From Paramoeba atlantica (taxonomy: Eukaryota > Protista > Discosea): 64,000 bases of DNA. Position 1 is the first letter of the stretch; each line of letters starts with the position of its first letter. Positions 27,535-39,899 of this stretch are shown piece by piece. The notes beneath the pieces are model-generated. The model was not told the origin of the DNA. It was given only the letters and a program-made list of their open reading frames with translations, and ran no database searches. The translations under genes were made by a program, and so were the position numbers. The stretch is from NCBI GenBank assembly GCA_977017575.1, contig CDRNVI010000144.1:248001-312000 (forward strand), given 5' to 3'.

Positions 27535-29650
27535 TTTTTTTTTTTCTTTTTGAGGCAGATTTTATTCAATTAGTAGTTCTTAATCTAAGCCATTTGAATT
27601 ACATTAAATTATATTTGTTTTTAACCTCTAACAAGAGGTGAAGTTTTAAACTTCAGCTTGGTTTCAAACCCACCACATATTTCTCTTTCTTCTCTGAAAA
27701 CTGCAAAACCTGCACCCCCTAGATGAGGGTTTGTATATTTTGAACCATTATAAAACATTTAAAAGCTTTTGAATTTAAAACTTTTCTTCTCTTTAGATCC
27801 TTTCTTGGTTTGAGTCCTTAGAGGCCAAGGGAGGATTTTATTCTTTCTCAGGATTTTTTTGAAAATTTTTTTAGTATACTAGGCTGATTTAGTTCCTTCT
27901 GCACACACTGTGAGCCACAAACTCAGCAGAGCAGCACTCACCACAAAGGTTTCTTGCTTGGTAAGATACTTTGAAACAAGGCCATACACTCTTAGTTTCT
28001 TGTCAGTTGAGTACTTTCAGCAAAATACATTTCCTTTCTCTTGCTTAAAGAAGACCCTCAGCCATAGAGCATTTTTTCAGTAGATGAGATCATAACTCCT
28101 TTTCTTAGTGGCAGCTGAGCAACAACTTGAATCTTAGTTTGAGAAGTGAGACAACTTGTTTCTTGTAGATAGCTCTTTTATTAGGAATTTAAGTAAATTT
28201 CTCTTAAGTTAAGGTCTAATTGCATGAGTTAAGTTGTACACCACACACTCAGCTCTTTCTTCCTCCATATACAAGTCTTTGATTTCAATTGGAATCATTT
28301 GAAACATATTGGTATATGCAACAAGTGGCCTGGCCAAACACAACTTTGGAAGAAAGGCTTTGGGCTGCAATGAAAGCATCCTTCTACATAGCTCCAATGG
28401 AGAGAGGACTCTGATAGTCACTCCTCATTGGTGGACAAGAGGTGAAAAGAGCTCAATTAAAAACAATGAAGTGGTGTAGTTGAGGATTTGAGTCCAAAGG
28501 GGATAGTATAAAGTAAGAACAGAGGTTTTAGTGTTGGCATAGGCACCCAGGGCTGAGCAGAGGGATTTCCACATCAAAGAGGTGACAGATTTTAGGACCA
28601 ACTTGAATCTCACTAAGTATTCCATACATGGAGTTAGATAGGTATTGACCATTTTCACTCTTGAGCAAAAATTCCCACCTCTCTTTTTAATTGCTGTTCC
28701 AACTTTCTTTGTCTTTTGGACCACCTTCTCCCAATCTTTGAGAGGAGATAACCATTTACTCAATCTCACTCCCAGTTTCATCACCACAGTAATTGGGTCT
28801 TGCCATCTCAGACCAGGGGCCTACTGGTTTGTAAGACTCAGTTGAGAGGACAAAGCACTTATTAAAGTTCAGTTTAGCTCCAGTCACTTCTTCATATTTC
28901 TTAAAGGTTGGAGTGAGAGAATTGATGGTTTCAGCTCTCTGAAGCACCATCCCCAAATCATCCATAAAGCCTGGCAGATCTTGGGGGTTGTGTTTCTTCT
29001 TCAGACTCACAAGGAGGATGTCAAACACAATCACAAACAATAGAGGGGAGATTGGGCATCCTTGTCTAACTCCTGTCCATCTTTGGATCAATTCTTTGGT
29101 GCCTGCCCTCTTGGATCCACCAATATTAGGCAGCCAGGTTACATATTCACAAAGGACTTTCTCAACAACATAAATTGCTTGAGGGGGGTGTTCAAACCTT
29201 TGAGAATATGAAGGAGTGCATCACAATTCACATAATCATATGCCTTGCAAAAGTCTGTTTGGAGGAGAGTCACATCTTTCTCCTCTGCCAAAGCTTTGTA
29301 AAAAGAGTCATATACTGATTTTACTGCTTCATCAATTGATCTCCTGAAAATCCATAACCTCACTTGCTTGTTGAATTAGTTCTACCCACATATCAAAGTA
29401 CTTCTCTTGTGTTGCCTTATACAAAAAGAAGGGAATACCATCAGGTCCTGTGCTGGTGTTGTTGGTTTGAAGTAGTTTATTGACTTTCTTCCTGTCCACA
29501 TCATGTTTCTCAACTGGGGGAAAATGAGATTGGTGGTCAGCAATCAGTTCATCAAGAGAATCTTTGTTATATGGTCTGTCTTTCTGTGCTGAGAAGACCC
29601 TCTCAAAAATCCTTAATTGCTTTTTTAACCACATTATCATCATGAGAGAT
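27535..29650 (-). mobile_element. 5-prime-truncated L1/Tx1-like non-LTR retrotransposon relic
   Basis: STGPDGIP, QTDFCKAYD, GVRQGCPISPLLF, GFMDD, GAKLNFNKC, KLGVRL..W motifs; RNase H-like FYNGS..NP..GGAGFAVF near the 3-prime end; AATAAA (27561-66) then an A-tail (27535-27551). Confidence 0.85.
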
Positions 29651-29659
29651 CACCCCATC

Positions 29660-29990
29660 CATGATTACATGTTGCTTTTAACAAAAAGATGAAGACCATC
29701 TTTGCTCCAAGTTAACAGATCTGTTAGGTCTGTCTGAATGAGTGTATAGTGGTGTGGTTCTACAAATTGACTTTTAGTTGAATGTTTGTTCAGAAAGAAA
29801 CCATATTTTTTTGGAAATGAACATCATATAATTGGTTGAGGGGAGACTAAAGTGATATTTTTTCTTGAAATTGTTAAGGGAAAGTTCCATCCTCTTGAAA
29901 TTCCTGAAATGGGCTTGTTCAAGTTTCAACCTCCATCAGGTTTTGGAGTGAAAACTGTTGGTTTAATGCTTTACATGAGAGTGGACTTAA
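29660..29990 (+). pseudogene. piggyBac-like transposase fragment (diverged copy of about 33700-33990)
   Basis: FGNEHHIIG*GETKVIFFLEIVKGKFHP..GVKTVGLML aligns by eye to the full copy in opposite orientation. Confidence 0.8.
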
Positions 29991-32624
29991 GCTGCACTTG
30001 CAATCATAGTGTTTTTAGGATTGAAGTGACTTCAAATATTCCTTTTGAGCCTTCAAAAAAAATCTGATGTTATATCCATATGTTCACTCTTGTGGTCTCT
30101 TTTCTGATTTGTTTGTTTTTTGGTTGAATAAAGATGGTGAAGGTTGAAGAAATGGAACAAAAAAGAAAAAGAAAAAGGAAAAAAAGTGTATGTTTATTAT
30201 TCTTTTGGTGATTGGATTGTTTGATTTGAAAGAAAAGGTTATGTGTAGAAGTTGAAGGTGATGATGTTGTGAAAGGGAAAAAAAGAACCTGTTTTGTTAA
30301 TTGATCCAAACAGAAACTCTTTCACCAGAGACTCCCATTCCTGGATGTATTCTCAGTGATCTTGACTTAACACTGATTGTTTGAAGAAACTCTGATTCAA
30401 GTTTTTCTTCTTCTTCTTCTTCATTGTCTGGGTCAATACAACCTGATGTAAGCTCATGAAGAAAACACTGATCACAGTAGTCTTCAATGTCTTTGGCTGA
30501 ACATTGGAAAACTTTTGAAAGTGAAAGGAATTGGCCAGGGATACAAGACTTGGTCCTCCCTCATCTCAACTTATGGCAACATATAGCTTTTGAAATGTTC
30601 TCAAGTAATTGCATGAATCTGGTCCAGTGGTTTGCTCAATCTGACCAAACCCCTCCACCACCCAAAAGGAAAAGAGAAGAGGAAATCAACCTCCAAGCAG
30701 CAAAGAAGCAAATGCTGACACAACTCAATGAAATGATTGAGAATTGTAAGGACCTTGATGAACTCAAAAGAAAATTGGACAAACAAAAATGATCCAACTG
30801 TTACTGTTCATCATGAGCAAGATGACAGTTTCACTCTCATCATTGGAGATCTGGAAAGAGATTTGTTTTGAAACTTTGCTCCCCTGCTCAAACCAGACAA
30901 GAGTCATCAGAAAACATAAGTCAACTTGCTCCCTCAACAAACAGTCATCATTTTGGGTCTGAGGTGTTGCATGGGTCAACTTGTTCTCCAGTGTGCACTC
31001 CAAGAGCCCACATCACTCAAGGCTTCAGCATTGGCCAAAACACTGAGTATGCAATTGATAGGTCAACTTTGTATAAGACATTTGTTAATGCATTGATGGG
31101 TCAACTTTCAATTTCAGTCTCAAACACCAGGCCACTCAAGTGGTGATGCTCTCACTGAACCTTATCTGGAATGGAGGAGGATGTTGAGTGCACACACCCA
31201 TGCCAAAACCAAATGTAGGGCACAAAAGAGTCACCCAAAAGATTAATGCTTTATCTGAGCAAGACTTAGTTTGAATAACTGATGAACAAACTCCTAAGGA
31301 GAGGGGTAAGGACAAGCAGAGATATTGGAGAGGAGACAAAGCAATAGACCTGAATTGAACAAATGGCTGATTTATTTTGTAAACAAATGAGAAATCTTCT
31401 CTTGAATGGAATATTACCAGAATCAAAAATAGAAGCAAAGAATAATCAATTTTGAATTTCCAATCTTGTGTCCACAAGTTCATCTTGCATGATCTGACAT
31501 CTTTAAAGTAAATTAAAAACCAGAGGAGAAGAAGGCAAAGAAGAAGGAAGGGGTAAGACAAGAGTGGATGAGGGGCAAAATGGGGCACACAGGAGATGGA
31601 CAAAAAGCGCACACATCATCAGAAGGAATGCAATATCTCAAAAGATATCCTTGATCAAAGAATCTAAGCACTTTCTGCACATAAAAAGCACTCTTGTACC
31701 TCATCATTGTAGTCACCATGATCAAATTCAAACATGGTGTGGAAGACCAGCTTGTGGAATTAATGAGGGGAATAGGGGGAAATGGAGAAAGAGAATTTAG
31801 GACTTGAGAAAGAAATAAAAGAGAGAGAGAGACACATGAGAATGGAAAGGATGAGAAAGTGAAATTTGATTTAGGAGAAATCTTCAATCCTATCAACAAG
31901 AACAGAAGAAAATGATTCTCTAACACCAACTTTAGGAAATCCAAGGATCTTGAGAGGTGGATGTTATCAAATGAGGAGGTTCAAGGAGATTTCAAAGAAA
32001 GTGATGAAGAAATATGAACCCAAGAGGAGCAAACTAGTAATGCCAATCAGCTCAGTTGGCCAAAAGAATGAATATTTCCCCCCTTGATAAGAGTTACTGA
32101 GATCCTCAGGGGATGCAAGGGGGGGTCTGAATATTGAGACCTTTTGTCAAGCCACCTTTTGGGCAGTTAAGAGGAAGCAGCCAAGAACCTATTTGAATGT
32201 TGAATTGACCCAATTGGTTCAGATTGCAATCAGAAAGAAAAGAAGATGGAAGATTGAGATCAAAATAAATAAGGGGGGGGGTTTTGAAGTTGGCTTGAGA
32301 AACTCTACTCCAAAAGGGGAAAAGACCAAAACCAAGGATAATCAAGAGGGATAAACAATGGAAAAGAAGGCCAGAGAAAGTACTCAAGAAGTATGCAAAG
32401 GAACAGAACAAAGAGGAGACTTCACCAACAGCAGCATCTCCAGCCTTTTTGTACCAAAGAGAAAGATTGATCTGAGATATGTGAACCACACAGCACAAAA
32501 ACTCTGAGACTCTGGGAGAAATGTTTCACCATCTTCCAAAAGAAAAAAAAAAACCAGAAAAAAAGAAAAAACCAGAAAAACCAGAAAAAAAACAAATAAA
32601 ATTGTTAAACTCTCCAGAAAATCA

Positions 32625-35126
32625 GGTTCCTTCCAGGCCAAAAGACTAATTAGGTCCCTATTTTTGACTCTTTTTTTGAAGCCACTGGTGGGTGGAGGGG
32701 AGATTTTTTTTGATAAACTTTTTAATAAAGATCTTTTAAACAAGAATATCAAGAAATATTTGTCCAAATATTGTTTTTTGAAAAAAAAAATTGAGTCACC
32801 AAAAAAAAAAAAACATCATTTTTCAAAAGGACTAATTAGTCCTCAGTCATGTGCCTGCTCATATGGTCAGCAAAGCAACCTGAACAAAAAATGAGTGTTT
32901 GATCACAGGAGCAATAGGTTTGAACTTTCTTTGTACAATTTGTCCCATTGCATCTACTCTTCTGGTACTCTTGTCTGGCTTCAGTCCAATTACCATTTCA
33001 CCAAACTTCAGCAAAGTTGGGCTTGATCATCAGATGATGATGTTCTATACAAGTTGGGAGTGGTATTTGCAGGTTATAGCCTTCATCCAAGGGATGATTC
33101 TGAGAGAGTAGACCTTGGGTAACCTCAAAACGAAATTCTGCAAAGGAGAGCTCTTTGGCTCAGGGGAAAAAGTGCTGAAATATGAGGAAGGCATTGACTT
33201 CCACAACTACAAGAATGAAAGCAAACTGCCTGTGGACCCATTTTTTGGTCTTCCAGGAACTCTCCAAGAAGAGAGAACCTTGCCTCAGTTGGTTGTGATC
33301 ATCCACACAATGCCTGGTTTGATAGTAAAAGTCAAGAGGCTGAGTATATCACAGGGAGAGTCTTTGGCCTTCAAGCTTGTGATTTTGTGGGCGACCAGTG
33401 GGAAAAGAAGTTCCCCAGGTATTAATCATTATAGAAGAGTGATGAACATCTTGGAAAGCCTCCACATAGAATTTATAACCTCTCAGAGATCCTTTCTTCA
33501 CTTTCACACATAACCAGGTTCCTTCTCCTTGAGGTGTGCAACAATCTCTTCCCCTGGAATTCCTTTGGGCCAATATCGTTTTTTCTTCACAACTGAAGTA
33601 CAATACAATCCCTTCTCCAGAAGTTGAATACAACCTTCCAACACACAAAAACCACTATCCAAAGCAACTACTCGACCAGTTCCCCAAATTCCCTCAGTCA
33701 TTCTAAGCATTAAACCAACAGTTTTCACTCCAGAATCAGATGGAGGTTGAAACTTGGGCAGGCCCATTTCAGGAGGATGGGACTTTCCTTCCACAATTTC
33801 AAGAAAGAATATCACTCTAGTCTCCCCACAACCAATTGTATAATATTCATTTCCAAAAGGATGAGGTTCCCTCTGAACAAACATCCAACCAGGAGCCCAT
33901 TTACAGAACCACACCACCATAGACTCATCCAAACAGACCTGCCAACTTGGAACAAAGATGGTCTTCATCTTTTCGTTAAAAGCAGCAATCAGGGGTCGAA
34001 TTTCCCACATACGGTCTGTGTAAGAGGGTTTTGCAGAGAGAGGAGCAAGTTTAAGAGAGGAGACAATCATATCAAACCGATTTCTACTGATATATTTCCC
34101 AAGATAAGGCAGTGTACCATGCAAGGAAGATCCAGCTGAATCCTTTGAAATTCGAAAAAAATCCCTTCTTTTATGTCCTGGGTAGAAAGACATAATCTGG
34201 CACAAGGCAATAAAATCAAGCATTTCAGCTTCAGTGAAGTTCAAAGAATGGTTAAACTCATTTTTGTTGCTTTCAGCACATCAGTTTTTAGAAAGGTTAG
34301 AGGCAGAACTTGGAGAAAAATATCGAGGGGAGTGGGGACATAAACAGCATCAAAGCGAATTCTTGTACAGGCCTTGAAGTCTTGTGCTCCTATCACAGCA
34401 CGAGCATCAGTTGTTGAGGAAGACCACTCAGAAACACAAAGGAAAGATCATTTTCAACGAGTTCTGCTGCATTGTCTTCCCCTTCCTCCTCAATATCAGA
34501 GCAAGATTCAGTATCTTCATCATCAGTATCAGATGAGCCCAAAACAGGCACAGAGGTTGTTGATGCCTGGGATGAACCAGAACTTGATCCTCCTGAGCCA
34601 GAAGAGGATGATGAAGATGAAGATGGATGAGTTGAAGTCCCACAACCCTCTGAGACATCTGCTTCTCCAACAAACTTCAAATTTTCAGGGAGAGCCAGAA
34701 GGTAATCATTCTGGAAGACAGGAGAATGAAGCAAAACTACCATCTGAGATTTCCTGTCATAGTTCTGAAGTTCCACCCTTTTCACCCTGAGTGAAGAGAG
34801 AGATGCTCCTTGATATTGGTCACCAAAATGTTTCCTTAGAAGATGAGAAGGGCAAAGGTTCACAGCTTTGCAGAACCAAATAGTACCCTCCTTCAATTCT
34901 TCAATTCTTGGAGAAGTTGATCCAGAACTCATTTTTCTCACCACTGTAACTTTTTTCATTCAGACTTTCTGAGAAAGGCATTGTGATGAAAATCAAGAAA
35001 AAACCTCAAAGAAACACAAAAGAAAGTCAAAAAAAAAAAAAAGTTCAAAAATGTGCTTTATTTTGGCCAACAAACAGGAGCCTAATTAGGCCCAAAAAGA
35101 CTAATTAGGCCCCCCTGGAAGGAACC
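32625..35126 (-). mobile_element. piggyBac-like (DDE_Tnp_1_7-type) DNA transposon relic, 2.5 kb
   Basis: 13-bp TIRs GGTTCCTTCCAGG (32625-37, 35114-26) with subterminal CTAATTAG palindromes. Broken ORF 34959-32836 with VCLDESMVVW, PHPFGNEY, VALDSGFC and C-terminal Cys-rich RCNGTNC..YCSC..FCSGCFADH. Confidence 0.88.
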
Positions 35127-35452
35127 CAATATAATATTGTTAACCAAAATAAACCTGATCAAATTGTGCAATATCTTGATGCAATAAATGAGGAAATATA
35201 TATATATTTGTTCTCATTCTCACTTCTAATCTAAGAGAAGGAAAGAAAAGATTGAAGAAGAGATAAAAAAAAATGAAAAAATTCACTATGTGAGAATTGA
35301 ACCTGTTAGATGAATAGATGGTTCTTGCCCTTCTCCTTATTCTCCTGAGGTTTGAAAAAGAAGTTTTTCAATCCCCCTCCTTTGAAACAAAAATAGAAGA
35401 CATTATTTGAAAAATAACTTTCTTCAAAAGAACAATGAACCCCCAGAATTTT

Positions 35453-35500
35453 CATACTCTCTGGGTGCTAATTTGAAAATTTGTACCCAGAGAGAGTATA
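35453..35500. repeat. Dispersed hairpin element, copy 3
   Basis: catactctctgggt-gctaatttgaaaatttgt-acccagagagagtata. Confidence 0.85.
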
Positions 35501-37967
35501 AGTCTTCTTGCTTGAGGTCATTTGAGTTTTGCTTGTATTGCCACTGAACAAGGAAAGAACCAAAATAGTCACTTCTTCAAAAAAGATCAAAAGAAATGAG
35601 TTCTCTGTTCAAAAAAAAAATGTGAAAAAGGAGGTGAAAAGAAAAGATAAAGAAGATAAAAACTAGTAAGAAAAAGAAAGAAAAAAGAACCTTGTGTCCT
35701 TACCTCTCACAGCTTAATAGATGGTCTCCCTGATCCAGTGTCCCCTCAAGGTAAAATGATTCCCATTTCTCTCAAAGTTCTTGTTTCTCAAAAGACAAAG
35801 GGAATGCCAAATCAAAGAAAGGTCCCAACATTGAACTGGGGTGAGTCATAAAATAATTAAAGAAATAATTGATATTCTCAAGGGTCCACCAGGTCTAATC
35901 CTCTTAAATAACATCAAAGAAATAATAGTGTTGTTTGAACAATATCAAAAGAACTATTTAACTTGTTCATATAAAACTCCTTACAATCCATTCAATTTGT
36001 TTTGCCTTTCTCAATCTTGGATATTAATCACAAGCACAAAGTGGAGACATTATCATCACAACAAGACACTCCCTCAACAGGTATTCAACAAAACCAAATA
36101 ACCCATAACCCAAATATCCAACCAAGAAACAACCACCTCTAAAAACCACCAACAAATAACAACAAAACAATAAAACAACAATCCCCCCACAAACAATGCA
36201 CAATACTCCAGGAACAACAAAACACAAAATAAAGAAGGGGGGAAAACCTGGTGTGATAACAAGGACAAAACAATAGTGGTGACAACAACTTGCACAGCAG
36301 AAAGTGCCTTTGGTGAGAAGGTGGAAAATCAGAAAGGTGCCAAGTGTATTTTTCTACCCCATCATAAATTCTCCATTATTGTTTGTGTTAAAAACCACCC
36401 ACTCCCACTCCCTTCATTCAAAAGGAAAGTCAATCAAAAAATTCAAAATAAAAAACAAAAGGAAAGGGGAAGGAGGAAAGGGAAAAAAAGAAAAAGGAGG
36501 AAAAGAGGGGGAAAAACAAAAGAGATAAGAAGAAAAAAGGTAAAAAAGGGAGAAAAAGGGGAAAGATAAGGAAGAAACAGGAAGAAAAGAAGAAAAAACC
36601 TCTGATTGAAAGCAGATCAATCAAAGAAAAGAACCCTTTTCAATGTAATTCCACTCTTTTCTGATAAGAATTGGAAAATGTGGAACACTTTTGTCTCTGT
36701 TCTAAAATAAAAGATTAAACAAAAGAAAAGGAAGGAAGAAAAAAAAAGAAAGAAAAAAAAAAGAGAAAAAACAAAGAAAAAAGAGAAGAAAAAAAAGAAA
36801 GAAAAAAAACAAGAAAAAAGAAGAAAAAAAAAGAAAAAAAAGAACCTCATTTGGTGGGATCTCAAGTCTCCCTGACTCCCTAACTCCTCAGCTCCTCTCT
36901 CTCTCTCTTTCTCTCTCTTACCAAGAATTGAATCATCTTCTGGGACATTCCAATTCTTTGAGGGTCCCAAATCGCTGAAAAATGTCAAAGAAGAAAAAAG
37001 AGTTGTTTGAACAAATCAAAAGGACTTTTTAATTTGTTCATAAAACTCCAAAACATCACCACAAAATCCCTTCAATTGTTCTGTCTTTCTTGTTTTTTGG
37101 TTATATTGTCATCTAACAGAAAAATAAAAAAGAAAAGAAAGAAAAATTAGTTTTCCAATTAAAAAAAAACAAAGAAAAACAAAGAAAAGAAAAAAAACAC
37201 ATCACAAAACACCCAACAAAATAAAGGTTTTTGATCTTAAGAAAAAGAGAACGAAAAAAGAAAGAAAAAGAAAAAGAAAAAAAGAAAAAAATACATTTGA
37301 ACAAGATTCGTGAGTTGAGTGGTCATGTGAATGAATTCTTACTGAAATACCTACAAAGAGAAAAGAAAGAAAGAAGAAAGAAAGAAAAAAGAAAGAAAGA
37401 AGAGGGAAAGAAAGAAAGAAAGAAAGAAGAGGGAAAGAAAAGAAATAAAAAAAAAAAATATTATGAAAGGGAGAGAGAAGAGAGAGAGAGAGAGAGAGGA
37501 GAGGAGAGGGAGAGAAGAAAAAGAGAAAGAGAGAGAAAAGTGAGAGAGAAAAGAGAGAGAGAAAGAAAGAAAAGAAAAATAATCATCAGAACAGTATAAT
37601 TTATCCAAAAAATAATCAGAAGAAAAAAAAGAAAAAAAAGAAAGAAAAAGAAAAGAAAAACATTTGAAGAAGATCAGAGGGTCGTGCAAAATTAATTCAA
37701 CAGGCATTGCCCACTGAGCTAGTTGTCCGCCAAAAGCCTTTTTTAACAAATAATAGAGAGAAGAGAGAAGAGAGAAGAGAGAGAGAAAGAAAAAGCGGAA
37801 GAGAAAGAGAAAGAGAAGAGGAGAAGAGAGAGAGAGGAGAGAAGGAGAGAAGGAGAGAAGGAGAGAAGGAGAGAAGGAGAAAGAGAGAGAAGAATTAAAT
37901 ATGATAAAATTATTAAAAGAATAATAAAAGAAAGAAAAAAAAAAATAATAAAATAATAAAATAATAA

Positions 37968-37998
<31 letters not shown>

Positions 37999-38600
37999 TG
38001 AAAATAAAAATAAAAATAAAATAAAAATAAAAATAAAACAAAATAAAAAAATAAAAAATAAAAAAAAAAAACATGATTTGGACATGAAGATTTTCAATTT
38101 CTAATGGAACAGCCCTCTCAAAGTATTGTCAGAAAGATCACTAGAAAGAGAAGAGAGAGAAGAGAGAGGGAGAGAAAAGGGGAGAGAGAAAGAGAGAGAA
38201 GAATGAAAAAGTTAAAAGAAAAAGAAAAAAAAGAAAAAGAAAAAGAAAAAAGAAAAAAAAAAAAAGAAAAAGAAACAAATAAAACAAGAGAAGAAAGGAG
38301 ATAGTTGTTTGCCAAAAGCCTTTTTTAACAAATAATAGAAAGAGAGAAGAGAAAGAGAGAAGAGAGAAGAGAGAGAGAAAGAAAAAGCAGAAGAGAAAGA
38401 GAAAGAGAAGAGGAGAGGAGAGAGAGAGGAGAGAAGGAGAGAATGAGAAAGAGAGAGAAGAAGAAGAAGAGAAGCAAAAAAACAGAGGTTGTGTGTTGCT
38501 CACCCTCCTCTCCCATTCTCTCTCCCCCCCCCCAAGAACCCCCCCCTCTTGCTCTTCCATTTTTTGTTTTCCATTGTGATTGTGGGTATTTGTAATTTTT

Positions 38601-38652
38601 TTTCATACTCTCTGGGTTCAAATTTTCAGATTCACATCCAGAGAGTATGAAA
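38601..38652. repeat. Dispersed hairpin element, copy 4
   Basis: tttcatactctctgg-gttcaaattttcagattcacat-ccagagagtatgaaa. Confidence 0.85.
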
Positions 38653-39387
38653 AATCCAAATGAAAAAAACACAAAAACATTGTCCTCCCAGATGAAATCT
38701 TCCAATCTCACAAACAAAAGGGAAAAAGAGAGGAACTAAAAAAAAAGAATTACCCTCAAGAGAGAGAAAAGACAAAGGGGGAAAACAGCAGTGAGAAAAA
38801 AAAGAAAAAAAAAACAAGAAAAAAAAAGGGAAAGACAAAAGAAAGAAAAGAAAAAAGGAGAAAAAAAACAGATGGAGAAAAAAGAAAAAAAGAAAACCCA
38901 AGAAAAGAAAAAAAAGGAAAACTCAAAAAAACAAAAAAAGGGAGAAAAAGGAAAAAGAGAAGAGAAGGAGGAAAAAACCTCTTTTCTTGATCAGCCAGAA
39001 TGCCCCTCTCCCCTCCCCCTCCCACGAAACATCCCCCCCCACCCCCCACCCCTCCTCAAAAAATTATCATCATGATATTTGTGGTTGATTCTACCACCAT
39101 CCCTTTTAACCCCCCCCTCTCCTCCTTTTCCTCCCTCTCCCCCCATCACCCACCCCACAGAAAAAGGCAGTTGTTCAAGTCAGTTTGGAAGCTCCCTCAA
39201 TGGAGGTCACATTGAGTGGAAAAGAGAATGAAAGAGGAAAAAAAGAGAGGGAGGGGGAACTGAAGAGGTCGGAAGAAGAAAACTGAAGAGGGTGAAGAGG
39301 AGAGAAGAAGAGGAAGAAAAAACGAAAAAAAAAAACAACCAATTATCAAGCTGACAAAGAGCATCTTTTCGCCCTTTCTCTTTCCCG

Positions 39388-39570
39388 AAAAATTAAAGGA
39401 TCTAAATCAGCGGCTCAACCGCTTTTTTTTTGTTTGGTGAAAAGGAGGAAGAGAGAAGAGAGAAGAGAGAAGAGAGAAGAGAGAGAGAGAAAGAAAGAGA
39501 GAGAGACTTTGTTCAGTAAAATTTTGTGTTTAGGTTATTGAATTCAAGGGATCTCCTCTTTTTCCTTTGG
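39388..39570 (+). repeat. Dispersed repeat with AGCGG-N5-CCGCT palindrome, copy A
   Basis: aaaattaaaggatctaaatcagcggctcaaccgctttttttt then a GA tract; matches 61224-61545. Confidence 0.7.
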
Positions 39571-39899
39571 TTTTTTTCTTGACTTTTCATGGTTTGTTTC
39601 TTTTGTTTCTTTTGTTTTTCTTTCTTTCTCCTTTCTTTTTTTTTTGTCTTTTTGGATTTTTGTCTCAACCTTCCAAAGATTGTTCTGAGGTTTTCTTTCT
39701 TTTTTTGTCATTTCAAACTTTTCAAACTGCTGTTTTTAATTTTTTTCTCTTTTTGAATGTATTTTGGTGACCCCCAAAAAATTATATTTGAAGTGGAGAA
39801 GGGAGAATGAATACATAGAAAGAGAAAAGAGAGAAAGGTAGGGGAAAAAAAAGAAGGATAGTTGCCTTTCAAAAAGTAATTGTTAGATTCAATAAAAAT

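Noticed and set aside
15763-35126. Alternative genetic code (TGA read-through) to explain in-frame stops in transposases
   Set aside because: The stops co-occur with frameshifts and map to Arg CGA positions; host genes end in ordinary stops, so decay is the simpler explanation.
39409-39430. Bacterial-type intrinsic terminator (GC hairpin plus T-run), also at 61245
   Set aside because: Eukaryotic nuclear context with no upstream operon; retained only as a palindromic motif.
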